Shown one piece after another: positions 24,879-36,826 of a DNA stretch of 64,000 bases. Both the position numbers and the translations under genes were made by a program. The first letter of the stretch is position 1. Each line of letters opens with the position of its first letter. Under the pieces are notes generated by a model. That model was not told where the DNA came from and did no database searches. It saw only the letters and a list, made by a program, of their open reading frames with translations. The DNA lies in the NCBI RefSeq assembly GCF_006345805.1, contig NC_043021.1, positions 2,108,001 to 2,172,000 on the forward strand, read 5' to 3'. The stretch comes from Octopus sinensis. Taxonomy: Eukaryota.

Positions 24879-24960
<82 letters not shown>

Positions 24961-25192
24961 TGATGATGATGTTTAATACGTCGGGGTAGCTGATTACTCT
25001 TGTGGTGGATAGGGGGCGAGTAGGAGGGGTTCCAGGTAGAACAGGAGAGAAACAGGTTGGGAAGGAGCATACTCACCTCGGATATATTTACATAAATAAT
25101 CTTCTATAAATCTCTCGAACATTCTTTACATTTTGTACACTATTTACATTCGACGAATATTTGTCCTCATTTTGTTGTTGTTGTTGTTGTTG

Positions 25193-25235
<43 letters not shown>

Positions 25236-25249
25236 GTACATATATATAT

Positions 25250-25297
25250 GCCTTGTGAGTGGATTTGGTAGACGGAAACTGAAAGAAGCCTGTCGTA

Positions 25298-25359
<62 letters not shown>

Positions 25360-25590
25360 ATATGTATGTAGTATGTTGTGTGTGTGTGTTTGTGTGTCTG
25401 TGTTTGTCCTCCTAGCATTGCTTGGCAACCGATGCTGGTGTGTTTACGTCCCCGTCACTTAGCGGTTCGGCAAAAGAGACCGATAGAATAAGTACTGGGC
25501 TTACAAAAAGAATAAGTCCCGGGGTCGAGTTGCTCGACTAAAGGCGGTGCTCCAGCATGGCCGCAGTCAAATGACTGAAACAAGTAAAAG
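25250..25590 (+). mobile_element. Representative of abundant SINE family B (...GTGGATTTGGTAGACGGAAACTGAAAGAAGCC...CCAGCATGGCCGCAGTCAAATGACTGAAACAAG); other copies at ~1920-2270, 11230-11450, 12650-12890, 42370-42740, 51175-51530, 61810-61960
   Basis: Recurrent in both orientations; tRNA-like head GTGTGGTAAGAAGCTTGCTTCCCAACC in fuller copies. Confidence 0.85.
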
Positions 25591-25799
25591 AGTAAAAAAA
25601 AAAAAGAGTATATATATATATATATGTGTGTGTGTGTCTGTGTGTGTGTGTGTGTGTATATATGTGTTTCTTTATTACCTACATAGAGAGGATGAAAGGC
25701 AAAGTCGACCTCGGCGGACGAAATACGCAACGGCAGACGAAATACGGCAACGCATTTCGCCCGGCGTGCTAACCATTCTGCCAGCTCGCCGCTTTACGA

Positions 25800-25837
<38 letters not shown>

Positions 25838-26189
25838 ATGTATGTATATATAATGGAGAGTCATGCTCTAAACGTCGCTCATTTTAAGCTTAGTCTAGGC
25901 ATCAACCTACAAGCATTCATCGTCTTCCGGGTTTTCATTTTTAATGTATTTCCTAATTTGTTTATGTTTCTGGGTTGTTTTTTTTCATTTGCGTGTGTGG
26001 AGGCGGCGGGGGGGGTGATATTTATATATAATTACATAAATAAATATTCTGTACATCTCACGTAGTTTGAAAGAACAGAACGAGATCTTACAGGGAAACA
26101 AGATGAGTAGAAGCATGGTTGTATATTTGTATATTAAATATATATAATATTCTGCAAACCTCTCGAAGTTTTGAAGTTTATAATAAAAA

Positions 26190-26190
26190 A

Positions 26191-26269
<79 letters not shown>

Positions 26270-26277
26270 TTATTATT

Positions 26278-26308
<31 letters not shown>

Positions 26309-26324
26309 TTATTTATTATTATTA

Positions 26325-26361
<37 letters not shown>

Positions 26362-26688
26362 ATTATTATTTAAGGCGGTGAAGTGGCAGAATCGTTAGCG
26401 CGCTGGACGAAATGCTTTGCGGTATTTCGCCCCGTCGCAACTTTCTGGGTTCAAATTCCGCCAAGGTCGACTTTGCCTTCAATCCTTTCGGGAGTCGATA
26501 AATTAAGTACCAGTAAAACACTGGGGATCGATGTAATCCCCTCACCTAAAAAATTTCAGGCTTTGTGCCTTTAGTAGAAAGGGTTATCATCATCATTATT
26601 ATTATTATTATATTATTGATTATTATTATCATTATTATTATTATTATCATTATATTTTATTATCATTATTATATTATTATTATTATTA

Positions 26689-26744
<56 letters not shown>

Positions 26745-26880
26745 CATTATTATTATTTATTATTATTATCATTATTATTATTGTTATTATTATTATCATT
26801 ATTATCATTATTATTATTGTTATTATTATTATCGTTATTATTATTATTATTATTATTATTATCGTTATTATTATTATTAT
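26190..26880. repeat. Long (ATT)n microsatellite interrupted by a SINE
   Basis: Direct reading. Confidence 0.95.
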
Positions 26881-26895
26881 GATGTGTTACATTAC

Positions 26896-27048
26896 CTGAT
26901 GACGGTAGTTCGACCACGTATTGGAACCGGCTACCAGCAACGCCCAGTGGACTCCACCATTCTCTAATTCGGGTAGGTTAATTTCTAAGCCCAAATAATG
27001 ACCTGAGGTCATCAAAAGAACCAACACAGAACTCAGAACCTTCAACAT
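26896..27048 (-). CDS. LGMN: Legumain (asparaginyl endopeptidase, peptidase C13) first coding exon with signal peptide
   Basis: MLKVLSSVLVLLMTSGHYLGLEINLPELENGGVHWALLVAGSNTWSNYRHQ then gtaatg; HWALLVAGSNxWxNYRHQ is the family motif. Confidence 0.97.
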
Positions 27049-27173
27049 GATCTAATGGTGATCGGAGTTGCCAAATGAAACAGAACCTGCCAGGTTGTTC
27101 ATAAATATATACTTTGACCTTTGTACACAGACACACCTATATTTTTAACATGTACACATATACACACACACTT

Positions 27174-27204
<31 letters not shown>

Positions 27205-27496
27205 GACATACACACAGACATGTATGTGTGTATGTGTGCGTGTGTAAGTGGAAATAAGTGAATGTATATCAGGTTGAGGGCACAATCACGCGCGTGCATG
27301 TATGTGTGTGAATCAGCGGAAATATAAGGATGTATATCATCGTGTGTGTGTGTGTGTGTGAGTGAGTGTGAGCGTGTGTGAGAGAGAAGCGGAAGAAAGT
27401 GTGTCAGCGTATGTGTATGTGTATATGTTGGTGTGCATGTCTTAGTTTGTGAGTCCAAGTGCGTGTGAATGTGACAGCGCTCGTGCGTGTGTGTGT

Positions 27497-27542
<46 letters not shown>

Positions 27543-28376
27543 GTGTGTGTTGTGTGTGTGTGTGTGTGCGTGTGTGTGTGTGTGTGTGAGTGAAATGAAA
27601 TCCGAATGTATGAAGTGGGTCTGATAAGCTCCCAGCCAAAGAGTAGAAAGATAAAACTATTGTAATTTGATAAGAAATAGAGCGAGTGAGGCACGGTGGA
27701 GCGATTATTGCGCAACGTTATCTGAACGTCTAATCAGCCACTAGATGTCACCACGTGCATCTAAGATGAACCAAAGTCGGAGCCAATTCTTGTCGCCAGA
27801 CCAACACGAAATGGCTGCCATCTCTCCCTCAAATCACATTTTACCGTCTGAAAGGGGAGCACGCTTGAAAACGTGGTTCTTGGAGGCGGCGAGCTGGCAG
27901 AGTGGTTAGCAGGCCGGGCGAAATGCGCAGCCGTATTTCGTCTGCCGCTACGTTCTGAGTTCAAATTCCGCAGAAGTCGACTTTGCCTTTCATCCTTTCG
28001 GGGTCGATTAAATAAGTACCAGTTACGCACTGGGGTCGATTTAAACGACTTAATCCCTTTGTCTGTCCTTGTTTGTCCCCTGTATGTTTAGCCCCTTGTG
28101 GGCAATAAAGAAATAAGAAATAAGAAATGAGAACGCGGTTCTTGGCTTTTGTCTTGTTTTTGTTTTTGGTTTTTTTTCCCACACAAGAAAACGGTTGGAT
28201 GATCACGGCTGGAATGCTCCTGATCACAGGTTTGCTCAATCAGGACGGAACCTGAGGCTAAGAAGCAACAACACCGAAAACTCGTATTCAACCTGGACGC
28301 ACAACAAAACACAAATACAGAACAGGCTTCCATTATCCACTCGGCGATCTCGTAGCTCGATCCTGCGCTGCTTCAC

Positions 28377-28446
28377 TGAGTCATGGGCTCAGGATCGTAT
28401 CTGCATTGTTTCTCATCACATGAGGACTCATGTGACGAGTCACGAG
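28377..28446. promoter_or_regulatory. Candidate legumain promoter motif cluster (AP-1-like plus M-box/CLEAR-like E-boxes)
   Basis: TGAGTCA 28377-83, TCACATGA 28416-23, TCATGTGAC 28428-36, GTCACGAG 28439-46, in non-repeat CpG-containing DNA ~1.4 kb upstream of the ATG. Confidence 0.5.
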
Positions 28447-28629
28447 GGGAAGTGAATGACTTGCAGACATTGGTGAATAGTTGTCATAGCAACGTGTGTG
28501 TGTTGTGTTGATTGTCTGTTTGGTCGGAGTTTCTCTTTTCTTCTCTTTTCTTCACTCTTTTTTTTTTGTCTGTCTTTTCATTGAATACTTATACATCGTC
28601 TCTCACGAGAGTCCGCCATTTGTGTGTAC

Positions 28630-28674
<45 letters not shown>

Positions 28675-30631
28675 GCGTGTGTGCGTGTGTGTGTGTGGTG
28701 TGTGTGTGTGTGCGCGTGTGTGTGTGCGTGGTAAGAAGTTTGGTTCCCAACCACATGGTTCGGGGTTCAAGTCCCACAGCCTGGTGCCTTACGCAAGTGT
28801 CTTCTACTAGAGCCTCGGATCAGCAATACTTCATGAGTGCAATTGGTAGACGGAAACTGAAAGAAGCCCATCGTGTATATGTGTGCGTGCGTGCATGTGC
28901 GTGCGTGCGTGCATGTGCGTGCGTGCGTGCATGTGCGTGCGTGCGTGCATGTGCGTGCGTGCGTGCATGCGCGTGGGGGGTAGTAGGAAGTTTGCGTCCC
29001 GGCAACATGGTTATGGGTTCAGTCCCACAGCGTGGCACCTTGGGCAGGTGCCTTCAACTTTAGCCTCGGGCCGACCAAAACCTCGTCAATGAATTTGGTA
29101 TACGGAAACTGAAAGGAGCCTGTCGTGTGCGGGTAGGGTGCATGCGCGTGTGCGCATGCATCTTTGTGTCTGTGTTTGTTCTCCGCCGCCGCTTGACAAC
29201 AGGTATTCACTTGTTTAGGTCCCTATAACAGCGATTCGGTAAAAGACACCGATAGAATAAGTACCAGACATTACAAATTTCAAAAAGGACACTAGGGGAT
29301 CGATTCGTCCGACTAAAATTCTACAAGTGGGCGCTCCAGCATATAGCATTTTAGCGACAGCAGTTACCATGAAGGGTTAGAGTAGAAATGAGTTCGCGTG
29401 GCCAACATGATTCGGTTATAATCTCTGAGGAGAGAAGCATAAGGTGTACGCCCCGCTGCGCTGTCTAGGTCAACTAAGACTTGGGTAGTATAAGCCTAGG
29501 GTTAACAGCGGATAAAAACAGACATTCATAGGCATGGAGTACTTCTAGGGGCAATAATAAGGTGAGTTTTAGGCGGCGAGCTGGCAGAAACGTTAGCACG
29601 CCGGGCGAAATGCTTAGTGGAATTTCGTCTGCCGTTACGTTCTGAGTTCAAATTCCGCCGAGGTCGACTTTGCCTTTCATCCTTTTGGGGTCGATTAAAT
29701 AAGTACCAGTTACGCACTGAGGTCGACATAATCGACTTAATCCGTTTGTCTGTCCTTGTTTATACTCTCTGTGTTTAGCCCCTTGTGGGTAGTAAAGAAA
29801 TAGGTATTTCTTCTGCCGCTACGGTTTGAGTTCAAATTCCGCCGAGGTCGACTTTGCCTTTCATCCTTTCGAGGTCAATAAATTAAGAACCAGTTACGTA
29901 CTGGAGTCGATCTAATCGACTGACCCCCCCCCCCCAACCAAAAAAAAAATTCGGGCCTTGTGCCTAGAGCAGAAAAGATTAATAATAAGATGACTTTTGT
30001 TTATCGAGGGATACTGCACGGTAGTAGGGTATGTACAATTTCACTCTGGGATAAACTTGGTGATTACGCGCTCCGAGTGAGTAAGGAGGGGGTCCTGTCA
30101 AAGGCGCTTCAGGTGACGTTGAAGGAGTTCTTTCGAAGGTCTTTATTACCTGATATTATTAATTATGTATAATGATTTCTGGTAGATTCGTTCCAAGATT
30201 TTGCTGGCATCTTCTTGCTGCCTACAAAAGAGACTGCGCTTGCGCAGTGGTTTGAAATAAATTAAAGTGTCCAAGCAATGATTGGCCTCGTTGTTTATAT
30301 ATTTAATCTATGACGTCCCTGTTGATGAAGACTTCGCCTGGTAAATAATAATTTTTGATTACTAAAATAAAGTCAGAAACCATGGTCCAGGAAAGAGATG
30401 GTAAATGTTTTTATTTTTCATTCTTTTCGAGAATGTATCCTTAATTAGTGGTTTGGACTTTAGCTGTTCTTTCTAGCGTAAAGGATTCCTATGATGGAAG
30501 CCTCTTAATGTGTTTTAATGTACACTGTATATATATATATATAATGAACTTTCAGCTTCCATTTACCAAAACCACTCTCATGACTTTGGTCAAGGTGACT
30601 TGCCCAAGGTGGCAGGCAATGAGACTGAACC

Positions 30632-30940
30632 TGGTGGAGGCGCATGGCCTAGTGGTTAGAGCAGCGGACTCGCGGTCGAGGGATCGCAGGTTCGGATCTC
30701 AGACCGGGCGATGTGTGTGTTTATGAGCGAAACACCTAAGCTCCACGCAGCTCCAGCAGAAAGTAATGGCGAACTTCTGCTGACTCTTTCGCCACAACAT
30801 TCTCTCACTCTTTCCTCCTGCATCTTGCAGCTCACCTGTGGCAGACCGGCGTCCCATCCAGGTGGGGAACTTATACACCAGGGAAACCGGGAAACCGGCC
30901 CTTATGAGCCAGGCATGGCTCGAGAAGGAACAAACAAGAA
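30632..30940 (+). mobile_element. tRNA-derived SINE
   Basis: Head GTGGAGGCGCATGGCCTAGTGGTTAGAGCAGCGGACTCGCGGTCGAGGGATCGCAGGTTCGGATCTC. Confidence 0.8.
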
Positions 30941-32929
30941 ACAGACTGAACCTGGAGCCATGTGGTAGGGAAGCAGATTTCTTACCACATGGCCATATAT
31001 GCGCCTGTATTGACCATCTTTGGATGAAGGAGCATCGTTCGTTTTAAGTTCGTTTCACCAGGTGAGGCAATCACTAAAAGAGTTTCCTTAGATGTTGAGA
31101 TTTTGAAGAGGCAACAGGAAAGAAGAGATCAGAGACATAGACAAGCAAATCCTGAAGATCTCATTCACAACCTCATGCCTGAATGCGTGTTATTCTGTGA
31201 CTTTCTCAGCAAGGACAAGGCTCTTGACCCTCAATCACTCTTCTCTCAAGATTTAGGGCCCGAGGAATTTTTTTTCTCCCCTTTCTAAACCGAAATCTAC
31301 TCTGAAAAGTTGCCGATTTCTGGTCATAGAAAAGATCGAAGACAATCTGGTGCTACGTTCTACTTTGGTATCCGTAGTCTACACTGTGAGATGATCTGAT
31401 CTGGGTTAAGGGTAAGCTTGCGGTTTGGAGTTAGGGTCAGGGTTTGGACTTCGGTTTACGATCAAGGACTAGGCTCAGATTCACGTTAAAGTGTAAACAG
31501 CCGGGTAGACCACTAAATTGGCATCCGATATAAGAACTGCATCAGAATCCCTGAAAAACGAATTCCAGAAAATGGTCCATAACTGGAATAAATTGTTAGG
31601 AGCGGAATTAAGATCTGTCTCGAAGACGACAATTCTGATTAAATTCTGAATTCTAAGTAAATCAATAACTTTATTTAAAATCAAAACAAGTTCGGTTTGC
31701 TTTGGTAAGTACATGCGCGCGAATGTTGACATTTGGACCGCAGCTGGAAGTCAAGCTTTTACAAACGGATATTTTGTTGTTGTTGTTGGTGGTGTTGTTT
31801 TTATGTTTGTTATTTTTTCGATATAAGCCGTTGTTGTTGTTGTTGTCTTCATGTCAAGGCGTGTGGGAACTCATACAGCCGTCTTGAAGTCTTTTCTTCG
31901 CTTTTTCTAATCTAATGAAACTTTATCAATCAATTGAGTGATAACAATAAGAACACAACACCTCTTTCTTCCTCTCTCGCTCTCCTCCCTCTCTCTCTTT
32001 CTCCTCTTTTACTTTCAAACAACTTTTACTCTTTCATTTTCAACATCTTTTTCTCGCCCTCTCTTTTCCTTTCATCTCACCACTTACGCTTTCGTCTTCT
32101 ACTTCTTCCCCCTCCCCTCTCTCTCTCTCTCTCACCCTCTCTTTTTCACTTTATCTAACTATCTATCTATCTAATGTATCTATTTATCTCTCTCTCCCCC
32201 ACTCCCTCTCTGTCACACACAACACACTTCAGAAAAGTCAAACTGATTCGCTAAGAAAGATTTATTCACGTGTTATAATCGTTATTTTAACAGTCTCGTC
32301 AAGTGATATGAGACGCATAAGACAGTGACAGACAGACAGACAAAGGGCGAAAAGGGGCAAATAAGAGTGGAAGAGAGAGAGAGAGAGATCGAAGGGGAGA
32401 GGGAGGAGGAGTGGGCAACGAAGAATGCAAATTGTTTTGCTTTACTAAAGTCAGTCAAATGCAGAAGGCCATACAGGTTAAGATTAATGCGGCTGATGTT
32501 CAGCTTGAACATCAGTTGGTTGCTGTGGTTTTAGCCCCAGGTCAGCCCTGATCGAGCAAACCTTTGATCGAGGGCAGACGTTCCACCCTTGACCGTTGTA
32601 TCTTTTTTCCAATGTGCAGACAACTCCCCTCTCACCTCCCCCCACCATTACCTCACTTTCACTTCTCCTCTTCCCCCTCATTCCATTCTTCTTTCCTTCT
32701 ACTTCTCTTTCGGTTTAACACTTCTACCATTTTTTGTTCACGCACGAAGTCTACGTGGTCCTGCGTTCCTTATCAGTCGCAGCCAATCATTTTTTTCACA
32801 CACACACATACCCACTGACTTAGAGGACGTAAAATTCTACTGCCTCTCGCTAATTTCTCCATCAACTTTTCTTCTGCCGCACGGGCAATGCTGGTAGCGT
32901 GAGTTCCACCTCGTCATTCTATATAGGGT

Positions 32930-33385
32930 TGGTAGAGGCCAAGTGTGATGACGCTCTGAGAGAAAACCTGGGTTTCGACGATGGTCAACTAGCCAGCCTG
33001 TTCAAAAGAACATTTCGAGCCGAGACCCCCTAGACAACTTCCAGAGGTCCCTCGACTGGCAGTGTTAATGAGGAGCCTTACCAGTTCACGATAAACTCGC
33101 AAGGCACGGTGCCTCATGATCACCCGCCTGCCCAAGATGTGGGGCGGGGCAGTGAAACTGTTCCGCACGCATTTGTGCAGTGTTCGGAGATTACAGAGCT
33201 GTGGATTTACGTCGAACGACTGCTGTCACGTCTGGGAAGAGTACAGCTGTCGTCCGAGTCAGTCATAAAGATTGTTCCACCTCTCTCATTGAACAGAGAA
33301 GATAAGGTTTGTTTTCTCGTAGTGGTCGCTTCATGGAGGACACGAATGAAAGGATTGGTGGCAGGTATCTTCATCTCTGGCTAAG
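32930..33385 (+). mobile_element. Tx1/L1-clade LINE ORF2 C-terminal zinc-binding relic
   Basis: ALPVHDKLARHG..SPACPRCG / SETVPHAFVQCSEITELW (CCHC-type), with frameshift and stops. Confidence 0.8.
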
Positions 33386-33575
33386 GTTTGGTAAACTTCT
33401 TTGTTTTCCTCCTACGAAGGAAAATAAGGCTAGAAATGAGGTGCCTGTCATCGGACACGTATGGTAAAAGATGGTAGCAGGTGGTATACATAATACAGTT
33501 CTATATTTAAGAGATGAGGAATTATGTATATTATTTACATTTGACGGATATTTGACCTCATCTTGTTTTGTTGTT

Positions 33576-33621
33576 AACACAACGTTTCAGCTGAGAAACC
33601 CTCCAGCCTTCTTCAGGTGTC
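33576..33621 (-). ncRNA. Minimal type I hammerhead ribozyme motif (Penelope-like-element style)
   Basis: GACAC-CUGAAGA-A-GGCUG-GAGGGUUUCU-CAGCU-GAAAC-GUU-GUGUU: stem I 5 bp, stem II 5 bp, palindromic ACGU in place of stem III. Confidence 0.6.
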
Positions 33622-33848
33622 TTGGGGAAATTTAGAACCTGGGTTCTCATACCTAAGGTATTTTTAGATGTTATTATTATTCAGGTCACTGCCTGGAATC
33701 GAATTCGAAATCTTGTGGTTAGTAGTCCGCGCTCTTAACCCCAAGATTCCGAGTTCGATTCCAGGCAGTAACTTGAATTATAATAATAACAACAACAACA
33801 TCGAAAAATACCTTAGGAATGAGAACCCAGGTTCGAAATTTCCCCCAA

Positions 33849-33894
33849 GACACCTGATGAAGGCTGGAGGGTATATAAGCCGAAACGTTGTCTT
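33849..33894 (+). ncRNA. Second, more degenerate minimal hammerhead motif
   Basis: GACAC-CUGAUGA-A-GGCU...AGCC-GAAAC-GUU-GUCUU; one mismatch in stem I. Confidence 0.5.
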
Positions 33895-34329
33895 AACAAC
33901 AAACAAGATGAGGACAAATATCCATCAAATGTAAATAAGTTGTATATGTGTTGGGAATGAAAGACCCTGCATGAATGTAATCTGTAACAGGTAAACCAAA
34001 AGGTCCAGTGGAGGAACGTGTCTTGCGGGGCCGTAACCCACCCCACTTCATTGTACTGTTGTATTGTTTGTTTTTCATTCGTTTTATTATCATAAATTTT
34101 TTATCCTTCATTTCTATGTCATTGCACACACTCCCCAACTCCCGTGCTCATTGTCCCCTCTATGTTTGGCCCTTGTGGCTTGAATAAAATTAATTCGTAA
34201 TTTGGACGCGTCAGGTATGACCCGATTGTCAGCAACGTAGAGAGAGAGAGAGAGCAATCTATCGGCCGATTGCAAGCAGGGCAGTGTGCCTTGGTTGCTT
34301 CGAAATTTGAGGGTGATGATATAGTTGCG

Positions 34330-35226
34330 TCCATGTCAGCACCATCTATCGCCTGAAACAACGATACAACACCACTGCAGACCATGTTCACAGAGGGCAC
34401 CCCACCAGGTGACCACGTCCAGGCAGGACCGCTTCATCTACCTGCAACACCTCCATGATCGCTTCAGACCGGCCAGCGTGACGGCTTGCGCGACCACTGG
34501 CACTGAACAGCGACCCATCAGCGAGGACACGGTACGACGTCGACTGGCCGCCGCCGCCCTGCATTACCGTCGTCTTGCTCGAGGGCCTGTCCCCATCCCC
34601 CACCACCGTCAGGCACGACCACACTGGGCTACACAGCACCGACATCAACAATGGACATCGATAGTCTTCTCTGACGGAAGCCAATACTGCGTTTCTGCTT
34701 GAGATGGCAGAGTGAGGGTGTGACGTAAGAGGGATGAACGCTATAGAGACGCGTGGGGTGACCGAAAGCACTATTGTTTGGGGTGCTATAGGCAGAGAAC
34801 TGGACCCCATGTGCTCCAAAATGTTGGTGCAAGCAGAGGAAATCGCATCACAGCGCAAGGCTACATTGAGCAGATCCTAAAATCTCACATTGTGCCCATC
34901 TTCGCACAATAACTACGTGTTCCAGCAGGGCAATGCTCCCTCCAACACGGTCAGGGTCACCATGGACTTCCCGCGTTAGCACAACATCAGAAACATACCG
35001 TGGCCGGCTCTCAGCTCGGATTTGAACCCAATTGAACACCTGTGGAATGAAATCCAGACGGCTGAACCAGGTGGTCCCAAGGCCGACTACTCGTGTGGAA
35101 CTGGGGGCAGCTTTCCTCAGGGTGTGGGCACAGGTGCCAATGGCTTTTGTGAACCGCCTCATGCATTCCCTGCACCGACGGTGTATGGCCGTTTTGAACA
35201 GCCAGGGAGGGCATACACCGTATTGA
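34330..35226 (+). mobile_element. Tc1-family transposase pseudogene
   Basis: TTSRQDRFI...ISEDTVRRRL...WTSIVFSDGS...WPALSSDLNPIEHLW...GGHTPY*, with several frameshifts. Confidence 0.9.
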
Positions 35227-36034
35227 ACATGCCAAGCCCTACAATCTTATGTTAAAAGAATACGCGCAGATAAATGTTACCAACAGTCAGGGGAGAACAA
35301 TGGGTTTTGAACGAATGTCTTTGATTATAGGTCTATTCAACCAGGAACTGATCTGGAGCTAAACAACAATTGTGAACCAACAGGGGAGTTTTTTTTTTTA
35401 GAGGAAGAAGGGAACATATGCAGAGAAACAGTTAACCATTTAGCATTTAAACTGGCCAGATCCAATCTCTCACACCTACCCTGCAATGTCGTTCTAAACA
35501 TAAATAACACCGGAATCTCAATGCTACAAAGATGGTACGTGATTAACTCAAAACAATTTTAGTGAATAAACATTTGATAATCGACCCCAGTGCGACCCCG
35601 AAAGGAAGAACAGCAAAGTTGACCTCAGCAGAATTTGAACTCAGAACATAAGACAGTTGAAATACCGCTAAGCATTCTGCCCGGCTTGCTAACAATTCCG
35701 CCAGCTCACCGCCTTATTCCCGCAGAGGGTCTGCAATGTTGAAACCTGTTCAACTAAAATAACTACAACAACCAAACCTCCCTCATACCACTTCTATTGT
35801 CTAGAAGAAAAAGGAAGGACACGTAATGTAGTCCAAGATATACTTGGCTCTTACTCTGTCTGAAAACAAAAACAAGATGATCACAGTTGGTGCATGTGTT
35901 TGATTTGAAGCCAGCTTGGTCAGAACCTGCCCTGGGTTAAGTACTAACATCACTATAGCAACAAAAGATATTAAAATAAATAAATCTAAGAAGAAAGACA
36001 GCTGTGGTGGGAGAATGAGGAGTGGGGTGAGGAG

Positions 36035-36040
36035 TTTATT
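36035..36040 (-). terminator. Candidate polyadenylation signal of AAAS
   Basis: AATAAA on the minus strand ~345 nt after the stop. Confidence 0.5.
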
Positions 36041-36384
36041 TCAAAATCTTTGTACAACAGTGGAGTCCTTCATCAGTGGTGGTCATGTGGCAGTGAAATG
36101 GCAGGAGTGGTCTAGAGGTGTGTTGGAGAGAAACACACAGTTCATGAAATCTTTATACGACATTGAGTCCATTCAGTAGTGGTGGTCCTGCAATGTAGTA
36201 TAGCGTAGTGGTTATGTTGGTATAGTCTTGTAGAGTGGTGTGTTGGTGGTAGCAGTATGGTTTCATAGTGTTGTATTGCATGGAGAAAGAGAAATCAGAC
36301 CATCAAGTCTTTGTACAGTGGAGAGTCTTTTCAGCAGTGGTGGTCTGTTGAAGTGGTGTGACGTGAGAGAGAGAATGAGAAGAT

Positions 36385-36534
36385 TCAGTCCAAATCAGAC
36401 ATGGCAGATGAGAAAAGTAGGCAATCAGGTTGTGGGCCAAACTGTGGCGCCATCTGTAGAGGTCCTCCAGAAGAAATCTTGTCAGGAACAAGGAAATAGA
36501 AAGGCACTTGAGAAATTCTACCACTGGACCAAAC
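36385..36534 (-). CDS. AAAS: Aladin (WD-repeat nucleoporin) coding exon 15, terminal
   Basis: ttcttcag acceptor, VWSSGRISQVPFYFLVPDK...SDLD*; resembles human GWSTGRIAHIPLYF. Confidence 0.93.
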   Translation of the reverse strand, partial: VWSSGRISQVPFYFLVPDKISSGGPLQMAPQFGPQPDCLLFSSAMSDLD

Positions 36535-36774
36535 CTGAAGAACAACAGAACAAAAACTCTTTAGTTTCAAGAGGTCTTATATACATATACATACATACAT
36601 ATATAACACACAAGAGTAAGCACATAAATGCAAAACAAAGTGGGAAAAAAATAGTACTCAAATACCAAAGGTAGAGTAATTTGCTTTTATTAAAGCTGAA
36701 AAAAAGCTTCATAAACTATAACTCAGAGTTGATATTGCCCATACCCATTCATCAGACAGTTGTGATCATACACA

Positions 36775-36826
<52 letters not shown>

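Larger units (their letters stand above)
33533..33937. mobile_element. Fold-back of a tRNA-headed, hammerhead-bearing non-autonomous element (~185-bp arms)
   Basis: 33533-33715 is the reverse complement of 33742-33937; centre has GGTTAAGAGCGCG...GAGTTCGATTCC. Confidence 0.8.
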
